64,000 nt of DNA from an uncultured delta proteobacterium (GTDB lineage: Bacteria > Desulfobacterota > Desulfomonilia > UBA1062): the NCBI GenBank assembly GCA_963798485.1, contig CAWCTR010000021.1:160001-224000 (forward strand), read 5' to 3'. The translations under genes were made by a program, and so were the position numbers. Shown in pieces: positions 12,890 through 24,529 of the stretch (the stretch's first letter is position 1; the number at the start of each line of letters is the position of its first letter). The notes beneath the pieces are model-generated. The model made no database searches. It saw only the letters and a program-made list of their open reading frames with translations, and was not told the DNA's origin.

Positions 12890-14547
12890 TTGATTTTTTA
12901 AAGATCTCTTCCATGGCGATCTTTGATGAGATCGAGATTGATTTTACATCAGGGCTCAATTGCATCACCGGCGAGACAGGGGCGGGAAAATCTCTTATCC
13001 TTGACGCACTTACCCTACTTATGGGCGCAAGGGCGGGGCGTGAAAAGATAAGGCCGGGGAGTGAGAAGACCGTTGTCGAGGCGCTTTTTACGGTTTCGGG
13101 CCGTGAAATTGTCCTCAGGAGAGAGCTTTATCCCACAGGCAGCAGCCGGTGCTACATCGATGGAAAGCTTACGACATCTACCGGCCTTGTTGAAGTGTCT
13201 TCAGGGCTCATACACATATACGGCCAGCATGAGTATCAAGACTTGTTGAACCCCAGGCAGCACATGAAGATACTTGAAGATTATGCAGGGATCAGCAGGG
13301 AAAATGTGGAAGCGGCATATAAGGAGTACACCAAGGCGGAAGAGGCCTGCAAGGAGCTTGAGCGCCTGATTGAATCATTCATGCAGGAGAAGGAATATCT
13401 GGAGCATTGCCTTAAGGAATTGACTGCCGTGTGCATCGAGGAAGGATTGGAGGAAAGGCTCACACAGGAACTCCAAACAGCCCGAAAGGCATCAGTGCTC
13501 AAACAGACGGCATTGTCCGCCCAGGAGCTTATCTACACGGGAACCCCTTCAATCACCGACCTCACTGCCGAAGCCCGCCAGCAGATAAACCGCATCGTGG
13601 CCCATGACCCATCCATGGAAAATCTGGTGCATTCAATGGACGGGATAATGGCTCAGCTTGAGGACATGCATGTGGAGCTCAGGGGCAGGATCGATGCTTA
13701 TGAATATGACCCGCAGCGCATTGAAGACCTTGAAGAACAGCTCAATACCTTGCGTGAGATCAAGAGAAAACACCACACGGATGAGGAAGGCCTCATCAGG
13801 CTCATAGGGGAGATGCAGCAGAAGCTCGGCATGCTCGATGAATCAGGAAACAATACCGAATTTGCAAAAAGAACGGTGGATGAGACCCGCAGCAGATATC
13901 AGGAAACAACCAAGACCTTCCTGGGAAAGAGATGGCGTGCTGCAAAAAGCCTGTGCAAGAGAATCAATACAGACCTTGAAGACCTGGGCATGCCGGGCAC
14001 CGATTTCAGGGTATCACAGTTGATGCCTGATGATGTTGACAAGGCATTCCTTGATACGGCTGGCCGGGCCGCTTCACCCAATATTTTCCTGAAAGGCGAA
14101 TTCCTTATCTCCACAAATGTCGGCCAGAATATCTTGCCGCTTGCCAAGATTGCTTCGGGTGGGGAGTTGAGCCGCATCATGCTTGCAATAAAGGTCTCTC
14201 AGAAGGCCTCATCCGAAGCAACCCTGATATTCGATGAGATAGATGCAGGCATAAGCGGGCAGACCGCCATTGCCATTGCCCATAAGCTTAAACAGCTTTC
14301 CGGGCATGCCCAGGCCATCGTGGTCACACACCTCCATCAAGTTGCATCCCTCGCTGATTCACATTTTGTTATCACCAAGACAGTCAGGGATAGGACTACA
14401 TCATCAGCCCTTCAAAAGGTGAGAAGCACGGATAGGGTTATGGAACTTGCCCGCATGATGGGAGGCGACTCCCCGAGCTTAAGCGTTATCGAGCATGCAA
14501 AGGAACTGGTTAGATCGCACGAAGGGCGAGCTTTGCTGGAAAACTAG
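12886..14547 (+). CDS. recN: DNA repair protein RecN
   Basis: TGETGAGKS, SGGELSR, FDEIDAG, VTH; ATGA overlap with nadK. Confidence 0.95.
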   Translation: MIDFLKISSMAIFDEIEIDFTSGLNCITGETGAGKSLILDALTLLMGARAGREKIRPGSEKTVVEALFTVSGREIVLRRELYPTGSSRCYIDGKLTTSTGLVEVSSGLIHIYGQHEYQDLLNPRQHMKILEDYAGISRENVEAAYKEYTKAEEACKELERLIESFMQEKEYLEHCLKELTAVCIEEGLEERLTQELQTARKASVLKQTALSAQELIYTGTPSITDLTAEARQQINRIVAHDPSMENLVHSMDGIMAQLEDMHVELRGRIDAYEYDPQRIEDLEEQLNTLREIKRKHHTDEEGLIRLIGEMQQKLGMLDESGNNTEFAKRTVDETRSRYQETTKTFLGKRWRAAKSLCKRINTDLEDLGMPGTDFRVSQLMPDDVDKAFLDTAGRAASPNIFLKGEFLISTNVGQNILPLAKIASGGELSRIMLAIKVSQKASSEATLIFDEIDAGISGQTAIAIAHKLKQLSGHAQAIVVTHLHQVASLADSHFVITKTVRDRTTSSALQKVRSTDRVMELARMMGGDSPSLSVIEHAKELVRSHEGRALLEN

Positions 14548-14624
14548 CTAGTCAATGATTTGCATTTGACTTTTCAAGACCCTGGTGGTCTATGTAGAAA
14601 AATTTGCTGTATGGATATTGTTGC

Positions 14625-15083
14625 ATGATAAGGAAACCAGCCATAGCTGAAGCAGCTGATATAAGAAATCTCATAGACCCGTTTGTGAAGGAAGGGTTAA
14701 TCCTCCCAAGGTCTCTCCACTCGGTTTATACCTCTATCAGAGATTTTTGGGTATACACAAGTGAGGAGGACACTACACTCATCAAGGGTTGCTGCGCGCT
14801 TCACATCTCTTGGGCAGATCTTGCCGAGATCAGGACATTGGCGGTATGCAGGGAATGTCAGGGAAGGGGTGATGGCGCCGGGCTTGTAGAGGCTTGTCTC
14901 CGGGAGGCCCGGAACCTTGGATTGAAGAAGGTATTCACCCTGACCTATGTGCCGGATTTTTTCAAGAAACTCGGCTTTATCGAGGTTGACAAGGCTAAAC
15001 TGCCTAACAAGATATGGGCTGACTGCATCCACTGTCAGTATTTCCCGGACTGCAGGGAGATTGCTCTCATATATGATCTTTAA
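14625..15083 (+). CDS. argA: Short GNAT N-acetylglutamate synthase-like acetyltransferase
   Basis: LPRS, LAEIRTLAV, FTLTY..FF, LPNKIWADC..C..FP.C.E; argJ in same run. Confidence 0.8.
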   Translation: MIRKPAIAEAADIRNLIDPFVKEGLILPRSLHSVYTSIRDFWVYTSEEDTTLIKGCCALHISWADLAEIRTLAVCRECQGRGDGAGLVEACLREARNLGLKKVFTLTYVPDFFKKLGFIEVDKAKLPNKIWADCIHCQYFPDCREIALIYDL

Positions 15084-15086
15084 GAG

Positions 15087-16418
15087 GTGAGCATGGGATT
15101 AGATGATACCATGGAAAGGGCATGTGCCCTGCTTAAACAAAAATCAATAAAAGAGTTCGAGGTATTCGGCATCTTTTCCGACGCTATCCGGGCGGAATCA
15201 AAGCATGGAGATGTTGATTTTCTCAACCGTTCATCTGAAAGCGGTATCAGCATACGGGTGCTCATGGATGGCGCTATAGGCTTTTCATATGGGAGAGATG
15301 CAGATGATGAACTGATCGATGCAGCAATAACTTCGGCCAGATATCAGTTTAAGGACGAATACAACCAATTTCCAAGCCTTATAGGCGGATATCCAGGCAT
15401 TAATGCATTTGATCAGGATATAGCCGTACTCAGCGCTGATGATTGCATAATGAGGTCCACACAACTGGAGCTTGCTGCAAGAGATGCAGACCCCCGTGTG
15501 GAGAATATCAGAAAGGCATCATTTTCACGCTCATCCTCACATATTCAGATACTCAATTCCCACGGCATACAATCATCTTTTTCAGTAACATCCATAGCCG
15601 CCTCCCTCATGGTCACCGTAAGGCAGGAAAGCGATGTACAATCAGGCTATGATTTCGACTTCAGCCATGCATTATCAGGCTTCGATGTCGTCAAAGTAGG
15701 CAGGTCCGCCGTATCGCGGGCAGCCCGTATGCTGGGGGCACGGCAGCTCAAGACCATGAAGATACCCGTGCTCTTCGACAGGGACACCACCGCAGAGATG
15801 ATCGAGTTTATCTCCGATGCTTTTTTAGGAGAGAATGTGATTAAGGGCAAGTCCGCACTTAAGGACAGGCTCGGCAAGAAATGTTTTTCACAATGTATCA
15901 AGCTTTCCGATAATCCATTGGACGCATCTGCAGCCGATTCCTGTCCCTTTGATGGAGAGGGGGTCCCTTCACAAAAAACCATTCTGGTCAATGATGGGTC
16001 CGTGGTTGCATTTCTCTATGACACCTATTGGGCAACTCTAGCCGGTAAACAGTCTACAGGCAGCGCGGTACGCGGCGGATACCGGTCATGGCCGACGCTG
16101 GGCATACGTCACATATGCCTTGAACCAGGCTTAACGCCGATAGCCAAGCAACTTGAGGATCTGCCCCTGGCGCTACTAGTAACAGACATCATGGGTATGC
16201 ACACGGCAAATCCTATCACCGGCGAGCTATCGGTCGGTATAAACGGGGTTCTGCTGGAAAAGGGGGTTACGGCTTATCCCGTGCGTGAGGCAGCCTTATC
16301 GGGTAACATCTATGATATGTTCTCCCGTGTAGTGGCAGTGGGGGACGATCCAAGAGGTTTCGGGCATATCCTTTGCCCTTCGATCCTTATGGATACTGTA
16401 GACATAAGCTCACAGTAA
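15087..16418 (+). CDS. PmbA/TldE family protein
   Basis: PFDGEGVP, FLYD, STGSA.R, HTANPITGELS, AALSGN. Confidence 0.88.
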   Translation: MSMGLDDTMERACALLKQKSIKEFEVFGIFSDAIRAESKHGDVDFLNRSSESGISIRVLMDGAIGFSYGRDADDELIDAAITSARYQFKDEYNQFPSLIGGYPGINAFDQDIAVLSADDCIMRSTQLELAARDADPRVENIRKASFSRSSSHIQILNSHGIQSSFSVTSIAASLMVTVRQESDVQSGYDFDFSHALSGFDVVKVGRSAVSRAARMLGARQLKTMKIPVLFDRDTTAEMIEFISDAFLGENVIKGKSALKDRLGKKCFSQCIKLSDNPLDASAADSCPFDGEGVPSQKTILVNDGSVVAFLYDTYWATLAGKQSTGSAVRGGYRSWPTLGIRHICLEPGLTPIAKQLEDLPLALLVTDIMGMHTANPITGELSVGINGVLLEKGVTAYPVREAALSGNIYDMFSRVVAVGDDPRGFGHILCPSILMDTVDISSQ

Positions 16419-16438
16419 GATTATAGGGACCAACAAAT

Positions 16439-19075
16439 ATGTTAGAATGGCTGATCAAAATATTCGGCAGTAAAAATGAGCGTGAGCTCAAAAGTCTTGC
16501 CCCGCTCGTAGATAAAATCAACTCCCTTGAAGATGGTATGCGTGCCAAGAGTGATTCTGACCTCAAGGCCATGACACCCTATCTGAAAGAGAAGCTTAAT
16601 ACAGGGGCGAGTCTCGATGATATCCTTCCAGAGGCCTTTGCTGTTGTGCGGGAGGCATCTCAAAGAACACTGGGTATGAGACCTTTTGATGTCCAGCTTC
16701 TGGGCGGCATAGTACTTCACGAAGGAAAGATCGCCGAGATGAAGACCGGTGAAGGGAAGACCCTGGTGGCCACCATGCCCGTATATCTCAATGCCCTTGC
16801 AGGCAAAGGGGTGCATGTGGTTACGGTGAATGACTACCTTGCCCACAGGGATGCTGAATGGATGGGCGCCATATACCGTTTCCTCGGGCTTGAGGTGGGT
16901 GTCATCGTACATGGCCTGGATGATAACCAGCGCAAGAAGAACTATAATGCGGATATCACCTATGGCACAAATAACGAGTTCGGGTTTGACTACCTGCGCG
17001 ATAACATGAAGTTTGCCTTTGAGGATTATGTGCAGAGGGACTTTTTCTATGCAATAGTAGATGAGGTAGACTCCATCCTCATCGATGAGGCAAGGACTCC
17101 GCTCATTATTTCAGGGCCTGCCGAGGAATCCACATCAAAATACTATGATGCGAACAATGCGATCAAGGACCTTCTCAAGCAGAAGGATGCAGAGGGTGGG
17201 CTCTACGTAAAGGATGAGAAGACCAACAGCGTCATTCTCACGGAAGAGGGTATTGAGTTCATGCAGAGACGCCTAGGTAAGGCCAACCTCTATGACCCAG
17301 GTGAATTCGAGACGGTTCATCACCTCAATCAGGCCCTCAAGGCGCATTTGCTCTTCTCCAGGGATGTGCACTATGTGGTCAGTGAAGAAGGAGAGGTGGT
17401 TATCGTAGATGAGTTCACAGGGAGGCTCATGCCAGGGAGACGCTATTCCGAAGGCCTCCATCAGGCCTTGGAGGCCAAGGAAGGGGTAAAGGTCGCCAAT
17501 GAGAACCAGACGCTCGCCTCCATCACTTTCCAGAACTACTTCCGCATGTATGAAAAACTCGCCGGCATGACGGGCACGGCAGAAACCGAGGCATTAGAGT
17601 TTAAAAACATTTACGGACTTGATGTTATGGTGATTCCTACGAACATGTCCATGATCAGGAAAGATAACTCTGATGTGATATATAAGACGGAAAAAGAAAA
17701 GTACAATGCCGTTATAAGACAGATCATGGAATGCTATGAAAAAGGCCAGCCGGTATTGGTAGGAACGAGCTCTATTGAGAATTCCGAGAAGGTGGCAACC
17801 CTCCTCAAACGCAAAGGTTTGCCCCATAATGTCCTGAATGCCAAGCACCACGACCGTGAAGCGGAAATCATCGCCCAGGCAGGCAGAAAGGGAGGCGTTA
17901 CCATAGCAACCAACATGGCTGGCAGGGGTACGGACATCAAGCTCGGGGGCAACCCCGAGTACTTAACAAAACAACGTGTCAACCCCGATGATGAGACCTA
18001 CAAAGACATCTTTAACAAATTTAATGTGCAATGTGAGAAGGAGCATAAGGAAGTAGTTGATGCCGGCGGGCTTTTCATATTGGGAACTGAGCGTCATGAA
18101 AGCAGGCGTATAGATAACCAGCTCAGGGGAAGGTCGGGTAGGCAAGGGGATCCTGGGGAATCCCGATTTTACCTCAGCCTTGAAGACAACCTCATGCGCA
18201 TATTCGGATCAGAACGCATTGGCACGATCATGGATAAGCTCGGGGTAAAAGATGACGAACCCATCGAGCATAATCTGATCAGCAAAAGCATTGAAGGCGC
18301 ACAGAAAAAGGTCGAGGGACGGAATTTTGAGATAAGGAAACATCTTCTTGAATATGACGATGTGATGAACAAACAAAGAGAGGTTATATACTCAACGCGC
18401 AGAAAGATCCTCTCAGAAGAGAATCTGAAGGGCCTTGTAGAGGAGATGATCGACGAGGTCTTGGAAGAGAGCTTTGATATCTCCATACCCAAGAAGGGGT
18501 CGGTGAAGGAGTGGGACATTGAAGGCTTCACGAATTGGGTGAAGAACACCTTTGACATAACCATAGATCTCACCGTTGACAAGGGAACCAATCGTGATCA
18601 GCTCTATGAAAAAATAAGCAGTGCCATAATGGATTATTATAACCTGCGTGAAAAGGAGTTTACCCCTGAGGTGATGCGGATGGTGGAACGGCATTTCCTT
18701 TTGTTGACCCTTGATACGCTCTGGAAGGACCATCTCTTGTCAATGGACCACCTCAAGGAAGGGATAGGTTTGCGCGGATACGGCCAGAAGAACCCCTTGC
18801 GGGAATACCAGAAAGAAGGCTTTGATATGTTTGTCTCCACACTATCGCGGGTAAGGGAGCTCTCCTTGGAGAGGGTCTTCAAGGTCCAGATCCAGCGTCA
18901 GGAGGATGTTGAAAAGGTATCCCAGAAGGAACGCCGGCAGCGTGTTCAACTAGGCAGGGGACCCGGTGAGAAACCGCCCACTGTCAAGAGGGTAAGCAAG
19001 AAAGTGGGCAGGAACGACCCATGCCCATGTGGCTCCGGCAAGAAATATAAGCAATGTTGCGGAATTGAAGCATGA
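16439..19075 (+). CDS. secA: Preprotein translocase ATPase SecA
   Basis: [28 protein letters not shown]-terminal [18 protein letters not shown]. Confidence 0.98.
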   Translation: MLEWLIKIFGSKNERELKSLAPLVDKINSLEDGMRAKSDSDLKAMTPYLKEKLNTGASLDDILPEAFAVVREASQRTLGMRPFDVQLLGGIVLHEGKIAEMKTGEGKTLVATMPVYLNALAGKGVHVVTVNDYLAHRDAEWMGAIYRFLGLEVGVIVHGLDDNQRKKNYNADITYGTNNEFGFDYLRDNMKFAFEDYVQRDFFYAIVDEVDSILIDEARTPLIISGPAEESTSKYYDANNAIKDLLKQKDAEGGLYVKDEKTNSVILTEEGIEFMQRRLGKANLYDPGEFETVHHLNQALKAHLLFSRDVHYVVSEEGEVVIVDEFTGRLMPGRRYSEGLHQALEAKEGVKVANENQTLASITFQNYFRMYEKLAGMTGTAETEALEFKNIYGLDVMVIPTNMSMIRKDNSDVIYKTEKEKYNAVIRQIMECYEKGQPVLVGTSSIENSEKVATLLKRKGLPHNVLNAKHHDREAEIIAQAGRKGGVTIATNMAGRGTDIKLGGNPEYLTKQRVNPDDETYKDIFNKFNVQCEKEHKEVVDAGGLFILGTERHESRRIDNQLRGRSGRQGDPGESRFYLSLEDNLMRIFGSERIGTIMDKLGVKDDEPIEHNLISKSIEGAQKKVEGRNFEIRKHLLEYDDVMNKQREVIYSTRRKILSEENLKGLVEEMIDEVLEESFDISIPKKGSVKEWDIEGFTNWVKNTFDITIDLTVDKGTNRDQLYEKISSAIMDYYNLREKEFTPEVMRMVERHFLLLTLDTLWKDHLLSMDHLKEGIGLRGYGQKNPLREYQKEGFDMFVSTLSRVRELSLERVFKVQIQRQEDVEKVSQKERRQRVQLGRGPGEKPPTVKRVSKKVGRNDPCPCGSGKKYKQCCGIEA

Positions 19076-20220
19076 TTCCCAAGGGATTCAGCTTTTCGGC
19101 AATAAATGCCGGGATAAAAGACCCTGCTTATCAGGGACTCGACCTTGGGCTTATATCGTGTTCGACGCAGGCTGTCCTTTCAGGCGTTTTCACCACCAAC
19201 CTGGTTAAGGCAGCGCCCGTTGTGATCGGTATGGATCTGGTTAAGAAGGGAACTGCCAGGGTGGTAATCGCCAATGCCGGTAATGCAAATGCATGTACCG
19301 GGCAGCAGGGTCTTGACGATGCACATGTGATTCAGGAGGCAGCAGCGGGCCGGCTAGGGGTCATGATTGATGATGTGATTCCCATGTCCACCGGAACCAT
19401 CGGTGTTAAGATGCCTGTAGACAGGATTCTTTCGAAGATACCTCAACTCGTGAAGGGTTTGTCCAACGATAAAGACAGTTTTGCCCGTTCCATAATGACT
19501 ACTGACACCTTTCCAAAGATTGTTTCCAAGCGGGCAGGGGAGGCGTGCGTATTAGGGTTTGCAAAAGGTGCAGGGATGATAGCGCCTCATATGGCAACAA
19601 CCCTTGCGGTTGTGCTTACCGATGCCATTATTGACAAACAACAACTTGATATTATTATTGAAAATGCTATCGATCAGACATTCAATGCTATTACTATTGA
19701 TGGTGATATGTCCACCAACGATACCTTGATCGCGCTGGCATCAGGGTTTGTCGAGGCTGGCTTGGAAGAGATCAGCTGTGCAATCACCGAGGTTATAAGG
19801 GAACTTTCCTTGATGATTGTTCAAGATGGTGAAGGGGCAACAAAGTTTGTCACCATCATGGTATCAGGGGCAAACACCAACAGCGATGCGCGAACCATTG
19901 CCATGGCTGTTGCAAATTCATTGTTGGTAAAGACAGCACTGTTCGGGGCCGACCCCAATTGGGGCCGGATCGTTGCTGCCGTGGGCTACGCAGGGGTGCT
20001 TATAGACCCCGCAAACATATCTGTCCATATCCAGGGACTTAAGGTGGTTGAAGATACAATGGAATCAACTGCGTTTAATGAGGACGACCTTCATCAGGCA
20101 CTAGCCGGAAAAGAGATAACCATTCATATCGGCGTAGGAAATGGCCCCGGTAGATTCACGGCATGGACAACGGACCTAACGTATCGCTATGTAGAAATCA
20201 ACGCCCAGTACCGGACCTGA
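19072..20220 (+). CDS. argJ: Ornithine acetyltransferase / N-acetylglutamate synthase
   Basis: [45 protein letters not shown]. Confidence 0.96.
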   Translation: MIPKGFSFSAINAGIKDPAYQGLDLGLISCSTQAVLSGVFTTNLVKAAPVVIGMDLVKKGTARVVIANAGNANACTGQQGLDDAHVIQEAAAGRLGVMIDDVIPMSTGTIGVKMPVDRILSKIPQLVKGLSNDKDSFARSIMTTDTFPKIVSKRAGEACVLGFAKGAGMIAPHMATTLAVVLTDAIIDKQQLDIIIENAIDQTFNAITIDGDMSTNDTLIALASGFVEAGLEEISCAITEVIRELSLMIVQDGEGATKFVTIMVSGANTNSDARTIAMAVANSLLVKTALFGADPNWGRIVAAVGYAGVLIDPANISVHIQGLKVVEDTMESTAFNEDDLHQALAGKEITIHIGVGNGPGRFTAWTTDLTYRYVEINAQYRT

Positions 20221-20272
20221 TTTTTCATAAGAGACCTAAGGAGAATCGGGCAGAACACCGCAGTTCAAAAAA

Positions 20273-20300
20273 ATGACCGATAATATATGTTATGTTAAAT
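20273..20300 (+). other. dif-like XerC/XerD recombination site
   Basis: ATGACCGATAA-TATATG-TTATGTTAAAT: XerD arm identical to the canonical TTATGTTAAAT, 6-bp spacer, XerC-like arm ending ATAA; intergenic. Confidence 0.85.
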
Positions 20301-20594
20301 AAGATGGTTTATTGGCAACAAACCGGTTTGAAGACAAAAAGCGGATGGTCTGGCGGGTTTGAGGACATATAAACACCTTACCCTGTATAATAAAATGCAA
20401 TGTCGTTCAAATTATGAAGGCACCTTGTAAAGGCGCATCAATCCCTCGTTTACCAGGATACTTGCTCTCATTATCATCTTGTTGATATTTTCTGATCTCG
20501 AATCCCAATAAACCCATACCGTCACTACGGTCTTTGTGATAAATTGATTAGTAAAGAGCTAAGTGTAAATAAATACTATTGAGTTATTTATCAT

Positions 20595-21767
20595 ATGGAT
20601 GAGTATGAGGTAATTATCGTTGGAGGCGGCCCTGCTGGAGCAACTGCCGGGTATCTCCTCGGAACCATGGGGGTTCACGCACTGCTGCTTGATAAAAGTG
20701 TGTTCCCGCGAAAAAAACTCTGTGGAGGTGCATTAACATATAAGACGCTCAAGCTTCTGCATAGGGTGTTTAATGAAACAGAAACAACCCTGGAACATGC
20801 TGGTGTTATTAATTATCTATCAAATGGATATGATATCTATTTTAAAGATAGGTTGATGGTCCATGGTACTTCGAAATATCCCTTTCTCTTTGTAGACAGA
20901 TACATCTATGATAATTTTCTTCTGCAGAAGGTCAAGGACACCGGAGTCAAGGTAATTGAAGGTGATAAGGTAAAAGATTTTGATACTGACGTAAATGTTA
21001 TAACAACTTCATCAGGGAAGTCCTATAAAGCACGATTCATCATAGGTGCTGATGGTGCGCATAGTGTTGTGCGTAGACATCTGCCAATGTATTATATTCA
21101 CAATAGAAATTGGGAATATAATCTGGCAACAGCATTAGAAATTACTATTCCCCGAAACGAATTTAAACATGATATAAAATATCCGATCATTCAATTCGGA
21201 TATATAGACTGGGGATATTCATGGATTTTCCCCAATAAAGATGAGATCATACTGGGAATAGGTGGGTTGAACAGAAAGAATAATAAACAAATCAAGAAGA
21301 TATGCCAAGAATATCTATCTGCCATAGCACCCTCTTTTCTGTTGAACTATCCCCAAAATATAAAGATCTATGGACATCCGGTACCGAGCGGGAATTACCT
21401 TTCAAGGCCTGTTTACAAAAATGCGCTGCTTGTTGGAGATGCTGCCGGATTCTCAGACCCGATATCCGGTGAAGGTATCTACCAAGCCCAAAGAAGTGCT
21501 GAAATTGCTTCGCTGAGCATATACAAATCAATGAATAGTGAGGCCTCTCTCGAAACAACATATGTAAAGCTCCTGAAAAAACATATCTTTCCTGATCTCT
21601 TCTATGCAAAGATATTAAGATGGTTTATTTTCAATGCATTAAATAATCTGAATCTTGATCACATTGAACTGTTGATAAAGCGTGGAGAAAATAAGGCAAT
21701 AGATCTCGTCCATGGCTTGAGAACATATAAATTCCTCCGAAGAATTAATGGGATCCATGATGATTGA
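20595..21767 (+). CDS. Geranylgeranyl reductase family FAD oxidoreductase
   Basis: GGGPAG, FPRKKLCGG, IGADG, GYSWIFP, GDAAG..DPISGEGI. Confidence 0.9.
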   Translation: MDEYEVIIVGGGPAGATAGYLLGTMGVHALLLDKSVFPRKKLCGGALTYKTLKLLHRVFNETETTLEHAGVINYLSNGYDIYFKDRLMVHGTSKYPFLFVDRYIYDNFLLQKVKDTGVKVIEGDKVKDFDTDVNVITTSSGKSYKARFIIGADGAHSVVRRHLPMYYIHNRNWEYNLATALEITIPRNEFKHDIKYPIIQFGYIDWGYSWIFPNKDEIILGIGGLNRKNNKQIKKICQEYLSAIAPSFLLNYPQNIKIYGHPVPSGNYLSRPVYKNALLVGDAAGFSDPISGEGIYQAQRSAEIASLSIYKSMNSEASLETTYVKLLKKHIFPDLFYAKILRWFIFNALNNLNLDHIELLIKRGENKAIDLVHGLRTYKFLRRINGIHDD

Positions 21768-21811
21768 TTATAAGTTATTGCAAAGAACAATAATCAGTGT
21801 AATTGGTAAGA

Positions 21812-22636
21812 ATGAGAATGAATAAAATAACATTCATCATAATGATTATAGCTGTAGCTCTCTTACTCCCTTTAATACAGAAGTCTGCCCTTGCAGCCAA
21901 CACAGACGCCTTGGATAAACATAAGATATCAAGGATTATTATTGATCCCGGTCACGGGGGGAAGGATCCTGGGGCTACAGGGCCAAGAGGTGAGAAAGAG
22001 AAAGATATCACTCTGGCCGTGAGTAAGGAACTTGCAGCGCGCTTGCATGAAGATGGCTATGAGATCTTCCTCACACGAACAGATGACACCTTTATACCCC
22101 TTGAAGAACGTACAGCCTTTGCAAACAAGAAAAAGGCGGATCTCTTTATCTCAGTCCATGTGAATGCGAACGAGAAGGTGTCATTGAGAGGTGTTGAGAC
22201 ATATTTTCTCAACCTGACAACAGATGCCTCCGCAATCAAGGTGGCGGACAGGGAAAACGCCATAGCATCCAAGTCAATGAGCGATCTCCAGTTTATCATC
22301 AAGGACTTGACGCTTAATGCCAGGATTAATGAATCTTCACGGTTTGCATCATCCATCCAGAAATCAATAATCTCATCTCTGGGTAAGGCTGGTCATATGA
22401 ATAAAGACCATGGTGTAAAACAGGCGCCTTTTTATGTCCTGATGGGCGCCCAGATGCCATCCATCCTTATCGAGACCGGCTTCATCACCAATGCAACTGA
22501 AAGTAAACTCCTGCAAAAGAAATCATATCAGAACAGCATTATCAAAGGGATTATCAGCGGGATCAATCTCTATGTCGCAAATTCGAGGGTTGTCTATAAC
22601 AACAGAAACTCATTGAGAGTGAAAGACCTTAATTGA
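21812..22636 (+). CDS. N-acetylmuramoyl-L-alanine amidase (Amidase_3)
   Basis: Signal peptide, IDPGHGGKDPG, EKD, SVH.NA, LIETGF. Confidence 0.93.
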   Translation: MRMNKITFIIMIIAVALLLPLIQKSALAANTDALDKHKISRIIIDPGHGGKDPGATGPRGEKEKDITLAVSKELAARLHEDGYEIFLTRTDDTFIPLEERTAFANKKKADLFISVHVNANEKVSLRGVETYFLNLTTDASAIKVADRENAIASKSMSDLQFIIKDLTLNARINESSRFASSIQKSIISSLGKAGHMNKDHGVKQAPFYVLMGAQMPSILIETGFITNATESKLLQKKSYQNSIIKGIISGINLYVANSRVVYNNRNSLRVKDLN

Positions 22637-22680
22637 ATCCTTAATTGGATACATGGATAAGTGAATGCACTCAATCGGCC

Positions 22681-23259
22681 TTAGTCATTATCATTGACGA
22701 GTTTCTCTCCCAATTCCTCTGCCTTCATCAATAATGCCTTATTTGCCTTGATCTCCCCTGCCCCCATGGCGCTGCCATATACCATTCCCACTATGCTTGC
22801 CCCAACAAAGCCGAATGCATCCTGAAAAGTCCTAAGGGCATTGACGCATCCCGAATCAAAGGGGTCTTCCCCTCCATAGCTCATGGCTATGGCGATCCGT
22901 TTCCCTGAAAAAGGATCTGTTCCATGCGCCGGCAATGCAAAACACCTGTCCATCCAGATCTTGGTCTGGGCGGACATGTTGAACCAGTAGACAGGGCTGG
23001 CAACAACCCATGCATGTGCCCCCAGCATCTCATTATAGAGCTTCTGCATGTCATCCTTTATGGCGCACCCCTTGCTCCCTGGTTTCTGGCATGCATAGCA
23101 AGACTTGCACGGGGCAATATTCAGGCCATGGAGAAAGACAGTCTCAACCTGCGCACCTGTTGTGCGCGCACCCTTGGCGATATGCTCGGCCAGGAGGGCA
23201 CTGTTTCCCTTTTTCCTCGGGCTGCCTAAAATCACCAGGACCTTCTTTTTATCCTTCAT
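22681..23259 (-). CDS. Iron-sulfur flavoprotein / flavodoxin family
   Basis: GSPRKKGNS, C..C..C.....C..KDDM, SPVYW. Confidence 0.9.
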   Translation of the reverse strand: MKDKKKVLVILGSPRKKGNSALLAEHIAKGARTTGAQVETVFLHGLNIAPCKSCYACQKPGSKGCAIKDDMQKLYNEMLGAHAWVVASPVYWFNMSAQTKIWMDRCFALPAHGTDPFSGKRIAIAMSYGGEDPFDSGCVNALRTFQDAFGFVGASIVGMVYGSAMGAGEIKANKALLMKAEELGEKLVNDND

Positions 23260-23320
23260 GCCGGTTCTCCTTAAGAAACAATTACCTGCTTTTGCCGGTG
23301 GACTTTTACCCTTTCTCTTC

Positions 23321-23731
23321 TTACTTCTTCTTATCCTTCAACAAGTCAGAGAGTTTTGCAAAAGGGTTATGGGTCATGGTATCGGTTTGATCTTCCATCT
23401 GCCCCGAGCCATCACCTTCATTGTCATACCTCCCATGCTCATTGTCATGGCAATACACACACAGATTTTCCCAGTTGCTGCCGTCAGGCGGATTGTTGTC
23501 ATGGTTATGATCCTTGTGGTGGACAGTGAGCAGGTTCAGGTTCTTGATGGTAAAGTGCCTGCCACAGCGGGCGCACACCCATGGATGAATCTTCAAGGAC
23601 TGCTCGCGGTAGCCCTTCAAGCGCTCAGCATTGAGCCGGCGGGCCTTGGCCACGAACTGATCCATCTCCTCCTTGGTTAACTTGGTTGCCCCTGGCTTAC
23701 CGGGCTTTGAGTTCCTGAAGTCCATTGTCAA
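23321..23731 (-). CDS. YajD family HNH nuclease
   Basis: GYREQSLK..PWVCARCGR, LTVHHKDHNHDNNPPDGSNWE.LCVYCHDNEH. Confidence 0.9.
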   Translation of the reverse strand: MTMDFRNSKPGKPGATKLTKEEMDQFVAKARRLNAERLKGYREQSLKIHPWVCARCGRHFTIKNLNLLTVHHKDHNHDNNPPDGSNWENLCVYCHDNEHGRYDNEGDGSGQMEDQTDTMTHNPFAKLSDLLKDKKK

Positions 23732-23919
23732 CTCCTTAATAAACCATTTTCAATAATATGAATAACTTGTCAAGAATATGATATTTCTTTGAGGTTATTA
23801 TCTGAGGTATGATTATGAAGTAAAACGATTAAAGGCCCTTACTCTTCGATGGGTACCCCACACTCGCGAAGCCATGTGAGGACTATTCCCTGTATCTGAT
23901 CCCTTATTTAACCCTCTTA

Positions 23920-24333
23920 TTATTTAATTCCCAATTTATTTCTTACATATGGGGCATACTTCCTGTCTTCAACATTAATATGACCAAGCCACCATTCCCT
24001 TAAGAACTTAAGAACTACATCCGTATCGTTATGCAATGTGGCAGCTTTTGCAATATCGACTGTTTTCTTCAGCAGTTCCTTATGAAGTTGAATGTGATCA
24101 TTGACCCCAGGGTAACCAGCCTCTTTCATCAATGATTCTTCAACCTTGAAATGCAGAGTGATATATTGACCTAGTGCGACTAATGTCGGCTTCAATGCAT
24201 CGATTCCTTGCCCTTCCTGGGTGAAGAAATGGAAGGTGTTGATGGTCGAGACAATCCCTCTGTGTTGTTCGTCAATTATTGGAATTCCCAGGTTATTATT
24301 ATCACCCCAAACAATATACAATGTGTTTTTCAT
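23920..24333 (-). CDS. Bacteriohemerythrin
   Basis: W....LG...IDEQH, HF..EE, H...H, W...HI...D. Confidence 0.9.
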   Translation of the reverse strand: MKNTLYIVWGDNNNLGIPIIDEQHRGIVSTINTFHFFTQEGQGIDALKPTLVALGQYITLHFKVEESLMKEAGYPGVNDHIQLHKELLKKTVDIAKAATLHNDTDVVLKFLREWWLGHINVEDRKYAPYVRNKLGIK

Positions 24334-24529
24334 AATTGGGTTCTTCCTTTCGTAGTATTTTATCAATCACAATGCTTTAATAAATCGGGGTTTTAAGAAA
24401 ATAACTTGATGATGTCTGACTTGAAAATAATATTCGACAATTGATTTTGATAAATAAAATATTGGTAATTGCCGATTCATTAGGGTGATATCAGTTTCTA
24501 GCGCATTATTAAAATGTAAGGAGTATCAT

